In this document: piece by piece, positions 40,225 to 47,695 of the stretch
Position numbering within the stretch: position 1 is the first letter of the stretch
Layout of the letters: every line of letters starts with the position of its first letter
Assembly: GCA_964524295.1 (NCBI GenBank)
Contig: CAZGCW010000003.1
Coordinates: 1 to 47,695, forward strand
Direction: 5' to 3'
DNA: 47,695 nucleotides
From: an uncultured Pseudomonadales bacterium
GTDB lineage: Bacteria > Pseudomonadota > Gammaproteobacteria > Pseudomonadales > Azotimanducaceae
The notes under the pieces: model-generated
The model's database searches: none
Told to the model about the DNA's origin: nothing
The model's input: the letters and a program-made list of their open reading frames with translations, nothing else
Program-made: the position numbers and the translations under genes

Positions 40225-41454
40225 ATGAGTGACCTAAATCGTGAATTTGACGTCATTGTGTGGGGTGCAACCGGCTTTACCGGTCGTTTGGTAGCTGAAT
40301 ATCTTGTCGAAACCTACGGTATTGGTAAGGATTTGAAATGGGCCATTGCCGGTCGAAACGCAGGAAAGCTTGCGTCCCTGGCAGCTGAGATTGCCCCGTC
40401 ACAGGAATTGCCCCAACTACTTGCTGATGTCAGTGATCCAGATTCTGTTCGTTTGTTAGCACAAAAGACACGCGTGATGTGTACGACGGTTGGACCCTAT
40501 GCTCTATACGGCTCGGTGATGGTGGAAGCCTGCGTGAAATACGGCACTCATTGTTGTGATTTAACCGGTGAAACACCTTGGATGCGCAAGATGATAGATC
40601 AACACCAGATAGCGGCAGAGGAGAGCGGTGCGAAAATAGTTCATACCTGTGGGTTCGATAGTATCCCATCAGATATGGGCGTGTTTTTCCTCCAGCAACG
40701 GATGTCCGAACGATATGCAGTGCAGGCACCCGAGGTTAAGTATCGTGTTGTGTCCAGTGCCGGTGGGGTCAGCGGTGGAACCGTAGCTAGCATGATGAAT
40801 ATGATGGAAGAAGCGAAAACGGACAAGTCGATTTTTGAAACCATGCAGGACCCGTATGCCCTTAACCCGTTAAATCAACCTCGTGGTCTCGATGCTAATG
40901 ACCAGATGGGGGTGGTTTATGACGCTGATTTTGTTCAATGGACTGGGCCTTTCATGATGGCGGGTATTAATACACGGGTGGTCAGGCGTAGTAATGCTTT
41001 AATGAATTACGCCTACGGCAGGGAATTTCGATATAGCGAGGCAATTCTTACCGGAACCGGTGCGAGGGGTTATATAAGAGCCTTGCTGGTCTCCTTGGGT
41101 ACGGGGTTAACCGGATTGCTGGCGGCCCTGGGGCCGACTCGTGCTGTGTTAAAAAAAGTGTTGCCGGTACCCGGCGAAGGGCCATCTGAGCAGGCTCGCA
41201 AGCAGGGTTATTTCAATATCGAATTGCTTGGCAAGCATCCATCAGATGAATCGAAAAACCTCCGCGTCAGCGTGACCGGTGATCAGGATCCGGGGTATGG
41301 AGCCACCTCCAAGATGCTCGCAGAAGCTGCTGTCTGCCTGGCTGTCGATAATTTAGCACCGGGGGGTGGTTTTTTAACGCCGGCTTCAGCAATGGGAGAT
41401 CAATTGATCGGGCGTTTGCAGCAGAAGGCAGGAATGGGGTTCAAAATTAGTTAG
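40225..41454 (+). CDS. Saccharopine-dehydrogenase-family NAD(P)-binding oxidoreductase (SCCPDH / trans-acting enoyl reductase-like)
   Basis: Rossmann N-terminus FDVIVWGATGFTGRLVAEYL. The ~409-aa length and CGFDSIPSD are typical of this family. Confidence 0.8.
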   Translation: MSDLNREFDVIVWGATGFTGRLVAEYLVETYGIGKDLKWAIAGRNAGKLASLAAEIAPSQELPQLLADVSDPDSVRLLAQKTRVMCTTVGPYALYGSVMVEACVKYGTHCCDLTGETPWMRKMIDQHQIAAEESGAKIVHTCGFDSIPSDMGVFFLQQRMSERYAVQAPEVKYRVVSSAGGVSGGTVASMMNMMEEAKTDKSIFETMQDPYALNPLNQPRGLDANDQMGVVYDADFVQWTGPFMMAGINTRVVRRSNALMNYAYGREFRYSEAILTGTGARGYIRALLVSLGTGLTGLLAALGPTRAVLKKVLPVPGEGPSEQARKQGYFNIELLGKHPSDESKNLRVSVTGDQDPGYGATSKMLAEAAVCLAVDNLAPGGGFLTPASAMGDQLIGRLQQKAGMGFKIS

Positions 41455-41812
41455 GTCGGTTTGCTTCCCTAACGCCAGATTATCCCGACGCGTTGCTATT
41501 AACGCATTTCTCTGGGAAAAAAATCACCATGCGGAGATTTTGAATTCCTGAAATGATTCTCAGTGAGGGGTTTTCGAGCATAGCCTATGGGTGTAGAACG
41601 GTCATAGTGCGGCCTTACCGGCTAGAGCCGTTCTCTTATAGGGCCGGATTAACTGTGTCCTGATGAGATTTGCGACACTACCCGGTAACTTCACGATCGT
41701 TGCGCAGTGTGCATAGAGTGGCTTTTTTACCCTGTGTGACAGCCCAGACATTTTTTATTACAGAACCGGGTTCCAAACCTCATTCTTATGGCGATCACTC
41801 TATCTTTGTAAT

Positions 41813-41843
41813 TAGCCGATAATCGGTTAGATTAATTGATCTA
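41813..41843. promoter_or_regulatory. Two abutting near-perfect palindromes upstream of the secreted-protein gene: TAGCCGATAATCGGTTA and TAGATTAATTGATCTA
   Basis: Read directly from the sequence. Each has one mismatch from perfect dyad symmetry, and they end about 28 nt before the ATG at 41872. They are candidate operator sites only. Confidence 0.3.
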
Positions 41844-41871
41844 CTCAATCTAAAGAAAAATGGGAGTCGCT

Positions 41872-42435
41872 ATGAAGAACATGCTACGTTTAACACCCTG
41901 CTTTTTCCTTGTTTCGCTGTTTGCTGGTGTTATTGATGCGGAGACACCTGAACATAAAATATCTAAAGCTGAAATTATTAAGATAGCCATGTCTGCTGCA
42001 CCGGAAAATATAAGTGCCCAAGCAACCATCTTGAGTGCAGCTGGAACCGTATTGCGCGAAGGCTCCAATGGTTGGACCTGTATGCCGGGTACACCACCGA
42101 ACGAAAATGTAAATCCAATGTGTGTCGATAAAGCCTGGCAAAAATGGCTCAATGCCTATATGAATCAAGCCCCTTATAATTCTGAAGAAGAAGGGTTTGG
42201 GATGACCTACATGCTGCAGGGTGATGCACTGGTCGATAATAATGATCCCTTTAATACGGATCGGTCAAAAGGCGTCTGGATACAGGAAGGTCCACACCTA
42301 ATGATGCTGATGCCGGAAAGCCTGATGAAGGATATGCCAAGGGATCCTTATGCCGGTGGTCCTTATGTGATGTGGGAAGGCAATGATTTTGTTCATGTCA
42401 TGGTGCCACTGGAAGTAACAGACAAACCTGAATAA
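41872..42435 (+). CDS. Secreted or periplasmic protein of unknown function
   Basis: Signal peptide MKNMLRLTPCFFLVSLFAGVIDA|E and two Cys residues (GWTCMPG, NPMCVDK). GGGAG lies 5 nt upstream of the ATG at 41872. I recognise no family. Confidence 0.6.
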   Translation: MKNMLRLTPCFFLVSLFAGVIDAETPEHKISKAEIIKIAMSAAPENISAQATILSAAGTVLREGSNGWTCMPGTPPNENVNPMCVDKAWQKWLNAYMNQAPYNSEEEGFGMTYMLQGDALVDNNDPFNTDRSKGVWIQEGPHLMMLMPESLMKDMPRDPYAGGPYVMWEGNDFVHVMVPLEVTDKPE

Positions 42436-42643
42436 CCTTAGCAAGGTCGGCTAAACCAGGATGGCGCCGCTGGCGTTTGAGGTCAACAGGCCTGCGTGGT
42501 GCCGTTTATCCTGACCACCTGAAACGATCGCATCGAGCCTCAGCAGGGCGTTGACCGGTTCATGGCAGGCTTCGATTTTACGGGTGTGAAAATGGGCAGG
42601 TTGCCGCGATATTTGTTGCCGGAATGACGGGGTCTTTCTGGGA

Positions 42644-43288
42644 TTAGCCGAGGTCTCTATTCAGCCAGGGCCGTTGTTTGAAATAGTTGTGCTCAAAGTC
42701 TTTGATCTTGTCAGCTTGCTGTAATGTGACTGAAATATTGTCGTGCCCATTCAGTAAGTTCTGCCGTAAACTCTCATCGATTTTAAAATTGATTGTTTTG
42801 TCGGTCATTTCGACTTGTTGGGCATTAAGGTCAATCGTCGCCTCTAAGCCGTTATCTGATTCGGCTAGCTTGAACAGGTATTCAACTTCTTCCTGCTTTA
42901 ATTCGATAGCAAGCAAGCCATTGGCAAAGCAGTTGTTATGAAAAATGTCCGGGAACTCGGGACAGATAATCACTTTAATACCGAAATCCCTCAGTCCCCA
43001 GACCGCATGTTCGCGACTGGAACCACAGCCAAAATTCTTCTGTGCTACTAGGACGGAAGCCCCCCTATACTTAGGCAGATTCAGCTCGAACTCAGGATTG
43101 GGTCTCCGTTTTGAAGTGGGTGTGTCTACTTCACCGGGGTCCAGATAACGCCAGTTGTCAAAAACCCAGTCACCATAGCCATACTTGTTTATACATTTAA
43201 GATACTGTTTAGGCATGATGGTGTCGGTATCGATATTGGCGCGGTTCATTGGGACAACATGACCCTGGTGGCGAGTGAATTTTTCCAT
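42644..43288 (-). CDS. leuD: 3-isopropylmalate dehydratase small subunit (LeuD-type)
   Basis: MEKFTRHQGHVVPMNRANIDTDTIMPKQYL aligns with the E. coli LeuD N-terminus. GCGSSREHA is present. The start at 43288 has GGAG 9 nt upstream and lies 4 nt after the leuC stop. Confidence 0.92.
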   Translation of the reverse strand: MEKFTRHQGHVVPMNRANIDTDTIMPKQYLKCINKYGYGDWVFDNWRYLDPGEVDTPTSKRRPNPEFELNLPKYRGASVLVAQKNFGCGSSREHAVWGLRDFGIKVIICPEFPDIFHNNCFANGLLAIELKQEEVEYLFKLAESDNGLEATIDLNAQQVEMTDKTINFKIDESLRQNLLNGHDNISVTLQQADKIKDFEHNYFKQRPWLNRDLG

Positions 43289-43292
43289 TTGG

Positions 43293-44711
43293 CTAGACTC
43301 CATCAAGCGTTCTGGCATCCACTAGATGCCCGGCAATCGCCGCCGCCGCTGCCATGATAGGACTGACTAGGTGAGTTCGACCACCTTGTCCCTGTCTGCC
43401 TTCGAAATTTCTATTTGAGGTGGAAGCACAACGTTCATGCGGTTCCAGGTGATCCGGGTTCATGGCATTACACATAGAGCATCCCGGCGCTCGCCACTCA
43501 ACGCCAGCGGCTTTAATGATAGTGTGCAGGCCTTCTTTTTCTGCCTGCGCTTTCACCAGGCCGGATCCGGGTACAACGATGGCCTCTTTTATGTTGGCGG
43601 CAATCGTCTTACCAGCGAGCAGGTTGGCAACACTACGAATGTCTTCAATTCGACCATTGGTGCAGGAACCGACGAAGACACGATCAATTGGGATACCGAT
43701 CAGTGGAGTCCCGCTAGACAAGCCCATGTATTTCTGGGCTCGCTGATATTCTGCCTGTTGGACAGCATCGGTGAGCGCGGCAGGGTCTGGAATATATCCT
43801 GTAATAGGCACGACCTGGTCTGGACTGGTACCCCAAGTGACGTGCGGGGCGACATCCCTGGCACTGAGCCTGATTTGCTGATCGAAAACAGCATCCCTGT
43901 CGCTGTGCAGGGTTCGCCAGTGCTGTAGTGCCTTTTGCAGAAGTGGACCGCGGGGTGAAAATGGGCGTCCTCGCAGATAGCGTTCGGTAATTCTGTCAAA
44001 TGCAACCATGCCAGCTCTAGCGCCCATTTCGATGGACATGTTGCAGACCGTCATTCTTCCTTCCATTGATAACTGCCTGATCGCATCGCCGGTATATTCA
44101 ATGACATGACCATTTGCGCCTGCCATACCCAACTGGCCAATGATATAGAGAATCAGATCTTTGGCGGTGCTTCCAGGGGGTAATTCGTCGTCTATCTGAA
44201 TGCGCATCGACAGAGGCTTTCTTTGCGTGAGGCATTGGGTCGCCAGAACATGCTCCACTTCACTGGTACCAATCCCTTGTGCTAAGGCAGCAAAGGCGCC
44301 ATGGGTCGAGGTATGGGAATCGCCACAGACGATAGTCATACCCGGTAGGGTTGCACCTTGTTCGGGTCCAACGACATGGACAATGCCTTGGCGGTGATCT
44401 TCCAGGCCGAATTTGAGTATTCCATACTCAGTGCAGTTTTCATCCAGTGTTGTGACCTGCAGTCTCGCAATAGGGTCCTGGATAGCACTGATACCTTGTT
44501 CTCGTTCTGTGGTAGGTACCTGATGGTCTGGCGTGGCCAGTATTGAACCCTTGCGCCAGGGTTTTCTCTGGGCCATGCGTAAACCTTCGAAGGCCTGGGC
44601 AGAGGTGACTTCATGAATAATATGTCGGTCGATATAGAGCATTGATCTCTTGCCGTTGTTTGTATCGACGCAGTGGCTGTCCCAGATTTTGTCAAATAGA
44701 CTTTTTGCCAT
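43293..44711 (-). CDS. leuC: 3-isopropylmalate dehydratase large subunit (LeuC-type)
   Basis: By eye it is collinear with E. coli LeuC throughout: [46 protein letters not shown] and [11 protein letters not shown]. Confidence 0.95.
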   Translation of the reverse strand: MAKSLFDKIWDSHCVDTNNGKRSMLYIDRHIIHEVTSAQAFEGLRMAQRKPWRKGSILATPDHQVPTTEREQGISAIQDPIARLQVTTLDENCTEYGILKFGLEDHRQGIVHVVGPEQGATLPGMTIVCGDSHTSTHGAFAALAQGIGTSEVEHVLATQCLTQRKPLSMRIQIDDELPPGSTAKDLILYIIGQLGMAGANGHVIEYTGDAIRQLSMEGRMTVCNMSIEMGARAGMVAFDRITERYLRGRPFSPRGPLLQKALQHWRTLHSDRDAVFDQQIRLSARDVAPHVTWGTSPDQVVPITGYIPDPAALTDAVQQAEYQRAQKYMGLSSGTPLIGIPIDRVFVGSCTNGRIEDIRSVANLLAGKTIAANIKEAIVVPGSGLVKAQAEKEGLHTIIKAAGVEWRAPGCSMCNAMNPDHLEPHERCASTSNRNFEGRQGQGGRTHLVSPIMAAAAAIAGHLVDARTLDGV

Positions 44712-44729
44712 ATGGATAACGGTAGAAGT

Positions 44730-45650
44730 TCAATAGCCCAAGGGAAGCCCAGCTTCAGCCGTAAATCCAAACAGGGATTCACCAGCAATCGTTTCGCTGA
44801 GAGTCTGTCGCACGGACAGTAGTTTGTGTATATCGATTCCAGTATTTAGACCCATCGATTCCAGCATGAATACCAGGTCCTCGGTGACAATATTGCCACT
44901 GGCACCCGGTGCTGCAGGACAGCCACCGAGTCCACCAAGGGAACTGTCCAGGGTAGTAATACCTTCTTCAAGTGCAGCCAGCGCATTGGCCAGGCCTAAA
45001 CCTCGCGTATTGTGTAAATGCACGCCGGTCAGCTTGTCGTTGCCAACGACTGAACGAACCAGTTTTATCAGGTGTCTTACCTGGGTCGGATTTGCTGACC
45101 CTGTAGTGTCAGACAACCCGACCTCATCACAGCCCGCAGCAATGACTTTTTCGGCGATTTCAGCTATTTTCCCATCGGCTATTTTCCCCTCGAGGGAGCA
45201 CCCAAAGGCGGTTGACAGACCGACTTCGAAGTGCGGGCGCTTTTCTTTGGGTAGCTGATTCAACATATCCATTATCCGATGAATTTCAGCGAACATCTGT
45301 TCGTGGGAGCGATTTAGGTTACGTTTACAGTGGGTTTCGCTAACTGAAAAAGGAATCGACATCTTATCGGCCTGAGCTTCAACAGCTGCCTTGGCACCGT
45401 AGAAGTTTGGCACTAAAACAGCGACTGAAAGTCCCTTGATAGCGCGAGCGAAAGAAACCAGTTCCTGAGTATCTGCAAGTTGGGGCATGTACTTGGCTGG
45501 CACAAATGAGCCGACTTCGATTTCCGTAACGCCAGCCTCAGCCTCTAATTCGATCCAGCGTTTCTTTGCCTGCGTCGGTAAAACCGCATCAATATTCTGC
45601 AGGCCATCCCGGGGTCCAACTTCACTTACTAATATGTCAGGTTCAGGCAT
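44730..45650 (-). CDS. HMG-CoA-lyase-family (HMGL-like) acyl-CoA lyase
   Basis: Signature VSEVGPRDGLQN, the metal site HLHNTRGLGLAN and GGLGGCP. Length is 306 aa. It lies 18 nt upstream of leuC. Confidence 0.85.
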   Translation of the reverse strand: MPEPDILVSEVGPRDGLQNIDAVLPTQAKKRWIELEAEAGVTEIEVGSFVPAKYMPQLADTQELVSFARAIKGLSVAVLVPNFYGAKAAVEAQADKMSIPFSVSETHCKRNLNRSHEQMFAEIHRIMDMLNQLPKEKRPHFEVGLSTAFGCSLEGKIADGKIAEIAEKVIAAGCDEVGLSDTTGSANPTQVRHLIKLVRSVVGNDKLTGVHLHNTRGLGLANALAALEEGITTLDSSLGGLGGCPAAPGASGNIVTEDLVFMLESMGLNTGIDIHKLLSVRQTLSETIAGESLFGFTAEAGLPLGY

Positions 45651-45664
45651 CGGTGCATTCTCAA

Positions 45665-47035
45665 TTAGTGGGAGTTATCGGTGTCAGGATCTGTCGGGGT
45701 TGCATCCAGTTGGTTCAGCCTGGCATGACCCATGGTAAACCCTATAGCGGCTGCACCATAGTAGACAACGAGATAGACAATGATTGACACGAACAAACCA
45801 GCGAGAGAGGGTACCATCCAGTCCTGTTCTATGAAGGTGCTTCCTGCGCCCACTGCATAAGCGATAAAAGCAGCTGGGTTCCATCGGGGTAGCTCATCGA
45901 TTCGGTCAGCATTGAACCGGCGTTTGTTGACGATATAGTAGTCAGCAATGACCGGGCCAATTAAAGGCGGTACCAGACTGGCCAGTAAATTGATCCAGTC
46001 AATAAAGTGTTGATAAATGCCTAGCCCGAGTAAGGTCCCGAGTAGTCCGCAGACGACCGTCATGACTCGCTGGGGTCGTTTTAAGACACTGGAGGTTTGA
46101 ATCACCGGCAGGTACAGATTGGCATCACCTGTAGTCCAGAGTGCCATACTCATACCAATAAGCCCCAACCCTCCAATGAAAAATCCCTGCAGCCGCATGT
46201 AAGTTGTGAAGTCATGAGTACCGGCAACAATGCCACCCATGGATCCAATAATTTGAAGGAACCATTGGGCGATGATCAGGACAATAAAGGGGATCGCTAA
46301 GGCGACCCATAATTTTTTTGCAAATCGCGCGTATTCGGCCATGACAATAGCGCCTGCGATCCAGGAGCCGATGACTAGATTGACGGCCTGCATTTGTGAA
46401 ATTGGCGCTTGGGAGGCATTGGCAGCTGACAGTGCGAGAAACGCATTCCAGCCGCCGGCTTGATCAATGTTGGAAACGGCGGCGTACAGTCCCACCAGGA
46501 TCAAGATGATAACGGAGGGCATACTAACCAGCTCAAGCCCTCGCACTCCAAAATAGGTGGTCGCTGTGAACAGGACGCCCGCCAGTAGTGCAACCAGGTA
46601 AAATGTTGGGCTTTCGAAATCCTGCGCCCAGGCAAAGCCAAATGCACCGACCACAATACCTTGCCAGCCGATTAATAGCAGGGCAAGAAATAGTACTGGT
46701 AGGTAAGCACCGATTCCGCCGTAAACGAAGCGATACAGTAGACCGCTATTACATGCCGTCTTGTACCCGATATAGCCGACTAGTGCACCGATGACAAAAT
46801 TAGCAAAGTTACCGAGGAAAGAGGCGTAAACCAGATCAGGCCAGAAGTTAACCCCGGCTCCCAAAGCACCACCTACAAATAGACCCGTGACTAGAAAGCC
46901 CCATCCGAATGCCAGAGTTAGCAGAGGCAATGCGTCCCGACGCTGCTCCGGACTCAAAGGAGTCAGCGGATTGTCTGCGCTTGACTGCTCTTGTTCGGCA
47001 TCAAAATGCCACCATACTTTTAACTTGTCTAGCAT
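45665..47035 (-). CDS. CodB/NCS1-type (cytosine/purine/hydantoin permease family) transporter
   Basis: A polytopic protein with roughly 12 TM segments. LWTTGDANLY and PPLIGPVIADYY align with E. coli CodB NIWTTNDNALY and PPVGGVIIADY. Confidence 0.8.
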   Translation of the reverse strand: MLDKLKVWWHFDAEQEQSSADNPLTPLSPEQRRDALPLLTLAFGWGFLVTGLFVGGALGAGVNFWPDLVYASFLGNFANFVIGALVGYIGYKTACNSGLLYRFVYGGIGAYLPVLFLALLLIGWQGIVVGAFGFAWAQDFESPTFYLVALLAGVLFTATTYFGVRGLELVSMPSVIILILVGLYAAVSNIDQAGGWNAFLALSAANASQAPISQMQAVNLVIGSWIAGAIVMAEYARFAKKLWVALAIPFIVLIIAQWFLQIIGSMGGIVAGTHDFTTYMRLQGFFIGGLGLIGMSMALWTTGDANLYLPVIQTSSVLKRPQRVMTVVCGLLGTLLGLGIYQHFIDWINLLASLVPPLIGPVIADYYIVNKRRFNADRIDELPRWNPAAFIAYAVGAGSTFIEQDWMVPSLAGLFVSIIVYLVVYYGAAAIGFTMGHARLNQLDATPTDPDTDNSH

Positions 47036-47128
47036 ACCAATCTCCTGTTTTTATCTGAGTTTGTCTGTAGCACGCCAACCTTTTGTCATCTAAATTGTTA
47101 ACTGGGTAGTGTTTTTTTTGGATTATAG

Positions 47129-47144
47129 TTTATCATTTGATAAA
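47129..47144. promoter_or_regulatory. Perfect 7-2-7 inverted repeat TTTATCA-TT-TGATAAA in the divergent promoter region (candidate operator)
   Basis: Read directly from the sequence. It is centred 48 nt upstream of the CoA-transferase start and about 100 nt upstream of the permease start. Confidence 0.35.
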
Positions 47145-47184
47145 TTAGCAAATTGCATTAAGTGAATAAAGAGGGGTAATCATT

Positions 47185-47695
47185 TTGACGGAACAGAATA
47201 GCTTGCCGTTAAGTGGCGTTAGAGTTATAGAATTCTCGCATATGGTGATGGGTCCGACTGTGGGCGTAATACTGGCCGACCTGGGTGCTGATGTCGTTAA
47301 GGTAGAGCCTATTGATGGGGATAATACGCGTCGATTGCAAGGCTCCGGGGCCGGGTTTTTTGCCATGTACAACCGTAACAAACGGAGCATTTGCGTTGAC
47401 TTAAAGTCCGACTCTGGTGGCGCTTTGGCAAAGAAGCTGATTAACACCGCGGATGTGGTAATCGAAAATTTTAGGCCGGGTGCCATGGACAAACTGGGCT
47501 ACGGATATGACGAGCTTGCCGTTGATAACCCGGGACTGATTTATTGTTCCGCTCGCGGATTCTTGAGTGGTCCCTATGAGCATCGAGCCGCCCTGGATGA
47601 AGTAGTGCAGATGATGGGAGGACTTGCTTATATGACCGGTTTGCCCGATCGACCCATGCGAGCCGGTGCGTCTGTTGTTGATGTGATGGGTGGGA
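47185..47695 (+). CDS. CaiB/BaiF class III CoA-transferase (5' part; runs off the window)
   Basis: TTG start with GAGGGG 8 nt upstream. The translation LSGVRVIEFSHMVMGPTVGVILADLGADVVKVEP...NRNKRSICVDLK...DVVIENFRPGAMDKLG...VVDVMGG is typical of family III. The frame is open to the window end. Confidence 0.85.
   Translation, partial: MTEQNSLPLSGVRVIEFSHMVMGPTVGVILADLGADVVKVEPIDGDNTRRLQGSGAGFFAMYNRNKRSICVDLKSDSGGALAKKLINTADVVIENFRPGAMDKLGYGYDELAVDNPGLIYCSARGFLSGPYEHRAALDEVVQMMGGLAYMTGLPDRPMRAGASVVDVMGG

Noticed and set aside
41655-41678. GTGTC-CTGATGAG-ATTTGC-GACAC, which contains the hammerhead-ribozyme core word CUGAUGA.
   Set aside because: There is no downstream GAAA core, no stem II hairpin after CUGAUGA and no cleavage-site UH context. 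A single 7-mer match is expected by chance.
47129-47144. The dyad TTTATCATTTGATAAA, considered as a Fur box.
   Set aside because: It shares only the ATGATAA/TTATCAT half-words with the 19-bp Fur consensus GATAATGATAATCATTATC. That is insufficient to name the regulator, so I kept it as a generic operator candidate.

Overview
This is a core-chromosome window from a gammaproteobacterium. As I recall the map, gene order is almost collinear with the Pseudomonas parC-serB ... psd-rhdA ... orn-queG-nnr-tsaE-amiB-mutL-miaA-hfq-hflXKC-yjeT-hisZ-purA-rnr-rlmB-rpsF-rpsR-(membrane ORF)-rplI-dnaB-alr block. That block is followed by radA, ettA (convergent), a 763-bp non-coding gap, nrdR-ribD-ribH-nusB-thiL-pgpA, two accessory genes and a leuCD-containing cluster. 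I call 43 protein genes (one truncated at the window edge) and one tRNA-Leu(CAG). I also call several tandem repeats and a few promoter or operator candidates. Most of the window is ordinary housekeeping DNA. I see no CRISPR array, integrase, transposase or recognisable defence or toxin genes. Five places deserve a second look:
1. 42644-47695: a tightly packed CodB-type permease / HMG-CoA-lyase-like / LeuC / LeuD operon lies divergent from a class III CoA-transferase. It has no leuA or leuB and looks like an undescribed catabolic module.
2. 35249-36011: the ettA-nrdR gap contains eight AGGA motifs, three tandem Shine-Dalgarno-like repeats and a T9G9 homopolymer junction inside a possible 37-codon sORF.
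3. 8908-9085: five tandem 36-37-bp hairpin repeats are derived from the 3' end of queG.
4. 2337-3497: a YtjB-like membrane protein carries an extra C-terminal domain.
5. 28421-29269: an uncharacterised membrane protein is embedded in the rpsF-rpsR-rplI operon.
All functional calls rest on by-eye motif and family recognition plus synteny from memory. No searches were run.
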